Below, in pieces: positions 26,329-34,013 of a stretch of DNA of 40,919 bases. The position numbers and the translations under genes were made by a program. Source of the stretch: a virus (Duplodnaviria > Caudoviricetes); the IMG/VR virus record IMGVR_UViG_3300032227_001232, positions 1 to 40,919 of that record. One strand, written 5' to 3'. The first letter of the stretch is position 1. Every line of letters starts with the position of its first letter. The notes below the pieces were generated by a model, which worked only from the letters and a program-made list of their open reading frames with translations, was not told the origin of the DNA and searched no databases.

Positions 26329-27553
26329 AAATACCAAACATGTATGTGATTTCTGTGGAAAGAATCGAGAAGAAGTAGAAAAATTAATTGTAGGCGACCA
26401 AGCAGCAATTTGCAATGATTGTGTAGAACTCTGTGTTGATATTTTAGATGATGAAAAAGTTAAAAATGTTTCATTAGATAACAAAACCCTAAATCCTACA
26501 TTGATAAAAGAATATCTTGATCAATATGTGATTGGCCAGGATGATGCTAAGATTGCATTGAGTGTGGCTGTATCACAACACTTTAAACGTATCAATAATC
26601 CCAGTAAAGATGTTGAAATAGAAAAGACCAATGTGCTAATGTTGGGTCCTACTGGCTGTGGTAAAACCATGTTGGCCAGAAAGATTGCAGAATTCTTAGA
26701 TGTACCTTTTGCCATTTGCGATGCTACAGGTATTACAGAAGCAGGTTACGTCGGCGACGATGTGGAAAGTATACTATCCAGACTAATGACCGAAGCCGAC
26801 GGTGATGTTGAAAAAGCCAGTATGGGCATAGTGTATATAGACGAAATTGATAAAATATCTAAAAAGGGAGAAAATGTCAGTCTCACTAGGGATGTCAGTG
26901 GCGAAGGTGTTCAACAGGCATTGCTCAAAATCATCGAAGGCAGTATAGTTCGTGTTCCGGTAACAGGAAAAAGAAAATATCCCAGCGGGGATATGATGGA
27001 AATAGATACACGCAATATTCTTTTTATCTGCGGTGGTGCCTTTGTAGGGTTGGATAAAATTATTCAACAACGAGTAAAGTCTAAAGGAATTGGGTTTCAA
27101 GCCTCAGTACAAGATCAAAACGAAATTGATAAAATCTATCAACTGGCTACCAATAAAGATATTATTCAGTATGGACTAATACCCGAGTTCATTGGTAGAT
27201 TTGGATTGGTAATTAATGTAGACGAACTAAGTGTTGACGATCTAATACGGGTACTTAAAGAACCACGTAATAGTTTTATTAGACAATACAAATATATTTT
27301 TGAATTAGATGGAATTGATTTAGAGTTTGAAGAATCAGCATTGAGAACCATAGCAAAACGAGCCAAAGAATTAAAGACCAATGCTCGCGGTCTTAAGAAT
27401 ATTATAGAAAAATGCCTATTACCTTATCAATTTGATGCCGTAAATCTTGTAGAACGCGGTTTATGCCAAATTATTATAAGTAAAGATACTGTAGAAGGAA
27501 AACCGGCTACATTAATTTTTAAAGATGAAAAGGAAAATGGGTTATCAAAATAA
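26321..27553 (+). CDS. clpX: ATP-dependent Clp protease ATP-binding subunit ClpX
   Basis: C4 zinc domain (CDFC...CNDC), Walker A GPTGCGKT, pore loop GYVG, Walker B IDEIDK, RDVSGEGVQQ and the IGF loop. Confidence 0.97.
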   Translation: MTKNTKHVCDFCGKNREEVEKLIVGDQAAICNDCVELCVDILDDEKVKNVSLDNKTLNPTLIKEYLDQYVIGQDDAKIALSVAVSQHFKRINNPSKDVEIEKTNVLMLGPTGCGKTMLARKIAEFLDVPFAICDATGITEAGYVGDDVESILSRLMTEADGDVEKASMGIVYIDEIDKISKKGENVSLTRDVSGEGVQQALLKIIEGSIVRVPVTGKRKYPSGDMMEIDTRNILFICGGAFVGLDKIIQQRVKSKGIGFQASVQDQNEIDKIYQLATNKDIIQYGLIPEFIGRFGLVINVDELSVDDLIRVLKEPRNSFIRQYKYIFELDGIDLEFEESALRTIAKRAKELKTNARGLKNIIEKCLLPYQFDAVNLVERGLCQIIISKDTVEGKPATLIFKDEKENGLSK

Positions 27554-27785
27554 TAAACGAGCCGCAATAGGCGGCGGTCTTAGAGTTGTAGTAGGCGACA
27601 TGCCATTTAATGTGGCCATGAAAAAATTCAAACAAAAGGTAGATGATGCGGGCTTGCTGGAAGAAGTCAAAGAACGCTTGTTCTACGAAAAACCTACCAC
27701 AGTGAGAAAAAAGAAAGCAGGTGCTGCTCGAGCACGGTGGCGTAAAAAACTACGCGACCAAGAACTGCCCAAAAAAATGTATTGA
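27537..27785 (+). CDS. rpsU: Ribosomal protein bS21
   Basis: AMKKFKQKV...GLLEEVKERLFYEKPTTVRKKK...ARARWRKK signature. AAGGA RBS before ATG 27537. Confidence 0.88.
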   Translation: MGYQNNKRAAIGGGLRVVVGDMPFNVAMKKFKQKVDDAGLLEEVKERLFYEKPTTVRKKKAGAARARWRKKLRDQELPKKMY

Positions 27786-27810
27786 CCTTTTGCTGACTTC
27801 TGTGTATAAT
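27782..27810 (+). promoter_or_regulatory. Sigma70-type promoter
   Basis: TTGACC, 17 bp spacer, TATAAT. Confidence 0.75.
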
Positions 27811-27835
27811 ATAATTTTACACACAGAAAGTCAAG

Positions 27836-28366
27836 ATGACAAAGCATTTAATGGTGGACCTTGAGACCCTATCCGTCTCACCAACTGCTGTAATCCTAAC
27901 ATTAGGAGCAGTGCATTTTGATCCATACGGAACTGGATACAGTGATAGTATCTATTTTCGTATCGATCTTGATGACCAAGATACCTTGGGTAGAGAAATT
28001 GATCCTTCTACGATTGATTGGTGGAGCAAGCAGAGCCCCGAAATCATGGAAGAAGCATTTAGTCCAGATAATCGTATCCCGCTACTGGAGGCCATGGATC
28101 GTTTCCATAAGTTTGCGTGGGGATGTAGTGCTTTTTGGAGTCATGGCGCTACCTTTGATTTGGTCATACTGGAAAACATTTATCGTCAGTTAAATAAACC
28201 ATTGCCGTGGAACTATTGGGCTTTAAGAGACACCAGAACTTTATTCGACATTGGGATAGATCCCGAGATGCCACAAGGTAGCAAACATGATGCACTACAG
28301 GATGCTATAAGACAAGCAATCGGTGTCCAAAATGTTTATGCAAAATTAAGCAAGGTTGACAGGTAG
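27836..28366 (+). CDS. DEDDh 3'-5' exonuclease (Rv2179c/exonuclease VIII-like)
   Basis: MVDLETL, WSHGATFD, RDTRT and HDALQDA motifs. Confidence 0.88.
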   Translation: MTKHLMVDLETLSVSPTAVILTLGAVHFDPYGTGYSDSIYFRIDLDDQDTLGREIDPSTIDWWSKQSPEIMEEAFSPDNRIPLLEAMDRFHKFAWGCSAFWSHGATFDLVILENIYRQLNKPLPWNYWALRDTRTLFDIGIDPEMPQGSKHDALQDAIRQAIGVQNVYAKLSKVDR

Positions 28367-28384
28367 TCCGAGTTTCTGTATAAT
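28356..28384 (+). promoter_or_regulatory. Consensus sigma70-type promoter
   Basis: TTGACA, 17 bp spacer, TATAAT. Confidence 0.82.
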
Positions 28385-28415
28385 AAGTGTGTTGTTTAAC
28401 AAAACGGAGCAAAAA

Positions 28416-28598
28416 ATGGCAGTATTTTTAAGTAATATTCCAATTGAAAAATTAGAATCCTATCTTCCTATAATCAAGGAAACAGCTAAAAAACACGGTA
28501 AGAAAATGCGTATTCGTTATCGTGGTCCACGATATGACTCTATGCGTCTTTACTGTCTAAAACGTCATGCTCGTGCGTTTTCTGTATACTTTAATTAA
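28416..28598 (+). CDS. Small basic hypothetical protein
   Basis: ATG 28416 with GGAG RBS. RIRYRGPR motif. The TTG start in the ORF track is the -35 box. Confidence 0.65.
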   Translation: MAVFLSNIPIEKLESYLPIIKETAKKHGKKMRIRYRGPRYDSMRLYCLKRHARAFSVYFN

Positions 28599-28610
28599 TT
28601 GGGTGTTATA

Positions 28611-29234
28611 ATGATTAAACTTACTGCTACTGCTTTTAAAGATGTTATCAAACGTGATCGTTGCAGTTTTCCTCTAAATACCAAACCAATTTTAAACATT
28701 GCAACTCAAAATTCTCAATGTACCAGAGTATCGATCGTTGGGTCAATGAAGGAATTATTTGCTAAGTTTCTAAAGGCTGATGTCGGACGCAGTGTTGATG
28801 ACTGGGAAAACTGGTATTTAAACAATGGCGGAACACAGAAAATTCAAGATGCTACAGACAAACTGTTTACCTATCTTAACAAAATGCCACTCGATCATAC
28901 TGTTTTCACAAGAGAGGTAGCAGAGAATTATATTTTAGATCTTGTAATCAATAAGACCCATTATGGTATGAGCGGAGAATATTACGCGGTTTTAGCTACA
29001 GCAAAATATTTTGGGCTCGACTATTCTTTCTCTTCGGCTGAGGAAGAAAGACAAGGTATTGATGCGTGGATCGGTAATAAACCTGTACAGGTTAAACCAC
29101 ACGACTCTGTTATTAAACATCATGTGCGAAATGGAGCAGACATTGACAAAACTCTGGTAATCACATACGAGGCCAAAGAAGATCGGTGTTTTATTCACAA
29201 CCCAGAGTTCATGAATAATTTATTCTCAATCTAA
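28611..29234 (+). CDS. MjaI-family type II restriction endonuclease
   Basis: VGSMKELF, DDWENWY, DLVINKTHYG and EEERQGIDAWIGNKPVQVKP match the MjaI-family PD-(D/E)xK pattern. Adjacent to a methyltransferase. Confidence 0.75.
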   Translation: MIKLTATAFKDVIKRDRCSFPLNTKPILNIATQNSQCTRVSIVGSMKELFAKFLKADVGRSVDDWENWYLNNGGTQKIQDATDKLFTYLNKMPLDHTVFTREVAENYILDLVINKTHYGMSGEYYAVLATAKYFGLDYSFSSAEEERQGIDAWIGNKPVQVKPHDSVIKHHVRNGADIDKTLVITYEAKEDRCFIHNPEFMNNLFSI

Positions 29235-29255
29235 AATTCATGAATAAATAATTTT

Positions 29256-30125
29256 ATGCAAACGAATATTATTTTAAATTGTGATCTATTAGATGGATTT
29301 AAGAATTTATCTGATAATTCAATTGATCTCTGTGTAACGTCCCCTCCTTATAATTGCGGTATTCAATATGATTCATGGCAGGATTCCAAGCCGTGGAATG
29401 AATATCTTGATTGGTGTAGGACCTGGCTGACAGAAATGAAAAGAGTTCTAAAGCCTGAAGGACGATTTGCCATTAATCATTTAGTTGAAATGGGTCTTCC
29501 TGCTAATGGAAAGAAGAATGGGATACGAGTTAGCCCACAAGTTGAATTGTATAAGATCATATCTGACATAGGGTTGACTATTGTAGCTCAACCTATGTGG
29601 GCCGACCTGACAAAGTCAACTCTAACATCTTGGGGATCATGGCAAAGTGCCAGTGCTCCGTATATCTATAATCCATTTGAAGTTATTTTAGTAGGATATA
29701 AATCTCAATGGAAGAAAGAAAGACCAAAAGATAATCCCGGAATCAATACCATCTCTAAAGAAGATTTTATGAAAGGGGTTGGTGGAGTATGGAATATTCA
29801 ACCCGAAACACAAGGGTTGACAATGGCTAACTTTCCTGTGGCGTTGCCTAAACTATGCATTGAATTGTTGTCGTTCAAAGACGATATTGTGCTTGATCCA
29901 TTTATGGGAAGCGGGACCACTGCTATTGCCTGTCTTGAAACAGATAGACAATACATAGGTTTTGAACTGAGTACTAACTATCACAAGGTCGCAGAAGATC
30001 GTGTTTCCAACTATACCAAAACAGGAAATACCACATTACCTAAACCTAAAAAGGTAAAGGCTCCTAAGGTTGCAAAAGTTAAAAAAGAAAAACCGTTAAA
30101 TTCATTGATATTTGAAGAATCATAA
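29256..30125 (+). CDS. Site-specific DNA methyltransferase, N4-cytosine/N6-adenine, beta class
   Basis: Motif IV TSPPY near the N-terminus and motif I VLDPFMGSGTT near the C-terminus. Lys-rich tail. Confidence 0.92.
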   Translation: MQTNIILNCDLLDGFKNLSDNSIDLCVTSPPYNCGIQYDSWQDSKPWNEYLDWCRTWLTEMKRVLKPEGRFAINHLVEMGLPANGKKNGIRVSPQVELYKIISDIGLTIVAQPMWADLTKSTLTSWGSWQSASAPYIYNPFEVILVGYKSQWKKERPKDNPGINTISKEDFMKGVGGVWNIQPETQGLTMANFPVALPKLCIELLSFKDDIVLDPFMGSGTTAIACLETDRQYIGFELSTNYHKVAEDRVSNYTKTGNTTLPKPKKVKAPKVAKVKKEKPLNSLIFEES

Positions 30126-30140
30126 CGGCAAAATATATCG

Positions 30141-30169
30141 TTGACCTACCAAACTCTGTGTGTTATACT
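30141..30169 (+). promoter_or_regulatory. Sigma70-type promoter with extended -10
   Basis: TTGACC, 17 bp spacer, TGt-TATACT. Confidence 0.75.
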
Positions 30170-30202
30170 ATAAGACACATAAAACACAAAAGGAGTTATT
30201 TT

Positions 30203-30427
30203 ATGTCATTTACTACTATTACCACCACTCAAAACAAGTTCCTCGTTAGCCATCTTCGTGGCACCGGCCGTACCCTTAGCGAGGCACAGGCCCGTTCGCT
30301 GTATGGTATTAAAAATCTTCGTGCTCGTATGAGCGAGTTGCGTAAAGCAGGCTATCGTGTTCGCACAGACGTAAATACCAGTGGCAAGACTGTTTATGCA
30401 GTTAGCCGCCGTGTTAATGCTGCTTAA
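30203..30427 (+). CDS. Small winged helix-turn-helix DNA-binding protein
   Basis: AAGGAG RBS. LSEAQARSLYGIKNLRARMSELRKAGYRV pattern. Confidence 0.7.
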   Translation: MSFTTITTTQNKFLVSHLRGTGRTLSEAQARSLYGIKNLRARMSELRKAGYRVRTDVNTSGKTVYAVSRRVNAA

Positions 30428-30436
30428 ATGTAAAAA

Positions 30437-31264
30437 ATGAAAATATCTCTGGTCAGTGATCTACATCTCGAGTTCGGGTATCAAGAATTACCCGGTGGCG
30501 AACTGTTGATCCTGGCCGGGGATATCTGCGAATATCGCAGTATCGATAAAGATTTAAAAAAGCCCAGAAAAGACCGCAGAACACCTGGTGAACTGCGGTG
30601 CTGGGATTTCTTTGAGTACGAATGTGCCAAATACGACCATGTGCTGTATGTGATGGGAAATCATGAAAATTATCACCATCATTTGGATAAAACCTACGGT
30701 GATCTTAAAAACATAATGCCTGCCAATGTAACTGTATTAGAAAATGAGTCTGTAGAAATTGGCGGAGTGCTGTTCGTAGGGGCAACCTTATGGACAGATT
30801 TAAACAACAACGATCCTCTCACACTGATGACTGTGAAACACTCTCTGAATGACTATCGAGCAATTAAACATCATTATTCGGATACAGGTTTTTATCATAA
30901 ATTAATTCCAGAATACACTTATCAGTTACATAAAGACTCGCTTGAATATATTCAACAGGCTGTAAAACAGCACAATAGTCGACCAGTGGTTGTGATCACA
31001 CATCACGCTCCTAGCTATCAAAGTATACACGAGAAGTACCATGGGGACTTTCACATGAATGGAGGATTCGTTAGCGAACTCAGCAATGTAATGTTGGATA
31101 ATCCTCAGATTAACTATTGGGTACATGGACATTGCCATGATCCTGTTGATTATGTCATTGGGTCTACTCAAGTAATCAGTAATCCTCGAGGCTACATCGG
31201 CCATGAGGACACCAGTCAATTCAATCCTAATTTCTATTTTGAAATATATGAACACCACAGTTAG
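30437..31264 (+). CDS. Calcineurin-like metallophosphoesterase
   Basis: SDLHLE, LAGDI, GNHE, THHAP, HGHCH and NPRGY motifs. Confidence 0.92.
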   Translation: MKISLVSDLHLEFGYQELPGGELLILAGDICEYRSIDKDLKKPRKDRRTPGELRCWDFFEYECAKYDHVLYVMGNHENYHHHLDKTYGDLKNIMPANVTVLENESVEIGGVLFVGATLWTDLNNNDPLTLMTVKHSLNDYRAIKHHYSDTGFYHKLIPEYTYQLHKDSLEYIQQAVKQHNSRPVVVITHHAPSYQSIHEKYHGDFHMNGGFVSELSNVMLDNPQINYWVHGHCHDPVDYVIGSTQVISNPRGYIGHEDTSQFNPNFYFEIYEHHS

Positions 31265-31502
31265 AATTTACTATTACGATACCATCATCAAAGATATGAA
31301 TCGGTGGGACGAGATTTGCGCCGGTGCTGTGGAACTGTTTGGGCTTCCTGGAGAACGGTTTGAAACTCATGTTACCGCAGAATGGATGGACTTTATATTT
31401 TATGATGGAAGGGATGCTACCATGTTCATGTTAGCACATGGTGGACAATATATCTCTAGTCAACAACTGACTACAGAGGCCGTAGAGAAATATATTGGCT
31501 GA
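31248..31502 (+). CDS. Hypothetical phage protein
   Basis: ATG 31248 overlaps the upstream stop. WDEICAGAVELFGLPGERF. Confidence 0.6.
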   Translation: MNTTVRIYYYDTIIKDMNRWDEICAGAVELFGLPGERFETHVTAEWMDFIFYDGRDATMFMLAHGGQYISSQQLTTEAVEKYIG

Positions 31503-31725
31503 AGAAGTTGTAATCAATGACCTTGGTACTAGCGATGTTAGCCGTATAGTATACGAATTAAAAGAACAAGGGCTAAGAATCAATCAGGACTTTGACTTTT
31601 ATTACCATCAACCTCAAACCCCAAAATGGGATGACAAACATGGTAAATTTATTCGTAAGCATACAAGATTTGTGTTTTACGAAGGCAAATGGGCAACTTG
31701 GTTTGCTCTTAAATATGGACAATGA
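31495..31725 (+). CDS. Hypothetical phage protein
   Basis: TTG start overlapping the upstream stop. C-terminal ATWFALKY. Confidence 0.6.
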   Translation: MAEEVVINDLGTSDVSRIVYELKEQGLRINQDFDFYYHQPQTPKWDDKHGKFIRKHTRFVFYEGKWATWFALKYGQ

Positions 31726-31916
31726 AGCCTAATCCTGATGAGAGTTATGAATCCTGGTGTCAGCGTGTTAAAATGTACGAACACGGCCATGCCTTACAAC
31801 GTCTGGCACGGGGAGAAAGTATTGAAGTCATCATGCAGGACATGGCTCGTAGAATAGAAGAAAAACTGTTACATCCACTGTTTAAAAAAGAACAAAATAA
31901 AAATCAAACCATTTGA
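31722..31916 (+). CDS. Stand-alone protein resembling the glutamyl-tRNA reductase (HemA) C-terminal dimerisation domain
   Basis: ALQRLARGESIEVIMQDMARRIEEKLLHP resembles the proteobacterial HemA C-terminal helices, judged from memory of the family. Confidence 0.55.
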   Translation: MKPNPDESYESWCQRVKMYEHGHALQRLARGESIEVIMQDMARRIEEKLLHPLFKKEQNKNQTI

Positions 31917-31946
31917 CACAAGTTTTCTGTGTATCTATAATAAATA
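31913..31946 (+). promoter_or_regulatory. Consensus sigma70 promoter overlapping a TAAATA late motif
   Basis: TTGACA (31913), 17 bp spacer, TATAAT (31936-31941). TAAATA at 31941-31946. Confidence 0.8.
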
Positions 31947-32022
31947 AATGTGTAGTAGACCTAATGGCTATTACATATGGGCATAGTGCCCGATGATTCA
32001 CTTACTTAAAAGGAGAAAAGCA

Positions 32023-32466
32023 ATGAATCAATTAGTCCGTTTCGATACCAACGCTCTAAGTCAACTTAACCGAGCACTTATTGGATTTGACGATATTTTC
32101 AATAATTTTGAAACTCGTTTCGCAAACCAAATCAACAACACCTATCCACCTTACAACATCCTCAAGCACGATGAAGATACTTACGAGATCGAAATCGCTG
32201 TGACCGGGTTTGAAAAGGATGAGATCACAGTTGAGATTGATCAAAACAATCTGGTTGTGAAGGGTGCTCGCAAGGAAGTAGATATCAAGGAACCTGTTTA
32301 TCTACACCGTGGACTGGCCAGTAGAGATTTTACTCGCAGTTGGGAATTGGGACAACACATTGAAGTCAGCGAAGGCACCATTAAAAATGGAGTTCTAACC
32401 ATTGGCTTGAAACGTGTGGTTCCCGAATCTCTCAAACCTCGTGTATTAAAACTCAAGGCTGGCTAA
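32023..32466 (+). CDS. Small heat-shock protein (Hsp20/IbpA family)
   Basis: YPPYNI, IEIAVTGF, YLHRGLASRDFTR and NGVLTI motifs. AAGGAG RBS before ATG 32023. Confidence 0.95.
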   Translation: MNQLVRFDTNALSQLNRALIGFDDIFNNFETRFANQINNTYPPYNILKHDEDTYEIEIAVTGFEKDEITVEIDQNNLVVKGARKEVDIKEPVYLHRGLASRDFTRSWELGQHIEVSEGTIKNGVLTIGLKRVVPESLKPRVLKLKAG

Positions 32467-32470
32467 ACCA

Positions 32471-32493
32471 AGGGCGGGGGTTACCCCCGCCCT
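32471..32493 (+). terminator. GC-rich hairpin after hsp20 (terminator or stabiliser)
   Basis: agggcggggg-tta-cccccgccct with only a weak U-tract. Confidence 0.6.
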
Positions 32494-32512
32494 ACTATCT
32501 TAAATAAAAACT

Positions 32513-32818
32513 ATGTCTACTGATACCATTATTGAAAAAGATACCGTCACAGATCGTGATCTCAAAGAACCTCCCAAATACAAGGCAGTGGTTCTCAACG
32601 ACAATGTTACTCCTATGGAGTTTGTTATTGTCATGTTGATGAAAGTTTTCAAGCACAACGAAGATGCTGCTTATGACTTAACAATGCATATTCACAATAA
32701 TGGCAGTGCTGTTGCTGGGATTTATTCTCACGAAGTTGCCGAACAAAAAGTATCCGATGCTGTTGAACTGGCCAGAGCAAATGACTTTCCCCTGAAACTC
32801 AAGGTTGAGGCAGAATGA
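32513..32818 (+). CDS. clpS: Clp protease adaptor ClpS
   Basis: PPKYKAVVLNDNVTPMEFV, MHIHNNGSAVAGIY, AEQKV and FPL motifs. Confidence 0.93.
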   Translation: MSTDTIIEKDTVTDRDLKEPPKYKAVVLNDNVTPMEFVIVMLMKVFKHNEDAAYDLTMHIHNNGSAVAGIYSHEVAEQKVSDAVELARANDFPLKLKVEAE

Positions 32819-33363
32819 GTCTAAAGGAACTTACTGCAGAAAAACACAGTCTGGCGGAAAATACTGCCTTTATGAAAAGTGTGTTTGATCACAGTATCTC
32901 TCCCGATTCCTGGACAGATTTCCTTTACCAAAAGTGGAATATCTATCACACCATTGAAACCAAGGCCAAATTTCACGAGTTACTTGATGGGCTATATGGA
33001 TTGGTTCGGGGCCCGCTGCTCTATCAAGACTACGAAAATAATGTTCGAGAATACAGATTAAGTTATTCTACCATACATCCTGTGGTTCAAGACTATACCA
33101 ACTATATTGCCGGGTTAGATTCTAACGTGGTTCTGGCACATGTCTATACTTGGCATCTGGGTGATATCTATGGCGGGCAGATGATTAAAAAACTTGCTCC
33201 CGGTAGTCATCTCAGTTTGGAATTTGAAAACGCACACAGTTTGGCCGCTGCCCTACGAGCTAAATTAAACGACAGTTTAGGCAATGAGGCCAACACAGCC
33301 TTTGACTGGGCAATTAAAATACTAAAAACTTATGACGATCGATGTATGGAAAAAAATCAGTGA
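32815..33363 (+). CDS. hemO: Heme oxygenase (biliverdin-producing)
   Basis: LKELTAEKHSLAE (proximal His), LAHVYTWHLGDIYGGQMI distal helix, EANTAF. Confidence 0.9.
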   Translation: MSLKELTAEKHSLAENTAFMKSVFDHSISPDSWTDFLYQKWNIYHTIETKAKFHELLDGLYGLVRGPLLYQDYENNVREYRLSYSTIHPVVQDYTNYIAGLDSNVVLAHVYTWHLGDIYGGQMIKKLAPGSHLSLEFENAHSLAAALRAKLNDSLGNEANTAFDWAIKILKTYDDRCMEKNQ

Positions 33364-34003
33364 TTTAGCTCAACAGTTTGATCATAAATTAAAACAATCC
33401 GGCGAATACTATCTAATACAAAATCCCAATTATGATTGGGATAATACCTTTTACAAAAGTAATCGCTATCGTAGAGCGCATGTAGAAGTAGTAGATCGCA
33501 GAGAGAGTCATAAAATCTACATATTACATTGTACAGTATTTCCCCATCACAATGATCCCAGTCCTATATTTGGGTTTGATGCTGTATGTGGTCCAAACAA
33601 AATCACTGGTGCATTTTTAGACTATTCCGCAGCAGGCGAACGTGATCATCCTATGATGAGATGGTTTGGCAAACAAACTTGTGATCTAGCGTGGAACAAG
33701 CCTAGAGAATTACCCGAGTGGGCAAGAGCCATATTCAGTCCTGCTATGGTGGCTGCAGGCAATGTCAACACTGAAGCAGAGCTGGACTTATTATGTGATC
33801 TGGCACTCCAAGCATTCGACTATTATTTGACCACAGTAGGACATAGTCAAGAAAGTGGTAGTGATTACCATATGGCGCAGAATCGCTACTGTCGATATCA
33901 AAAACAAAACCCGCATGTGGTCCGTAGCATGGTAGCCATGGGAGTACCTGAACCGGTCATTACCGAATTTGTAGAAAACATATTGTTCCCAGAAACGGTA
34001 TAA
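33332..34003 (+). CDS. Ferredoxin-dependent bilin reductase (PcyA/PcyX-like)
   Basis: RRAHVE, LHCTVFP, PIFGFD, RELPEWARAIFS and QNRYCRYQKQNPH motifs. Directly follows heme oxygenase. Confidence 0.88.
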   Translation: MTIDVWKKISDLAQQFDHKLKQSGEYYLIQNPNYDWDNTFYKSNRYRRAHVEVVDRRESHKIYILHCTVFPHHNDPSPIFGFDAVCGPNKITGAFLDYSAAGERDHPMMRWFGKQTCDLAWNKPRELPEWARAIFSPAMVAAGNVNTEAELDLLCDLALQAFDYYLTTVGHSQESGSDYHMAQNRYCRYQKQNPHVVRSMVAMGVPEPVITEFVENILFPETV

Positions 34004-34013
34004 ATACCCTATT

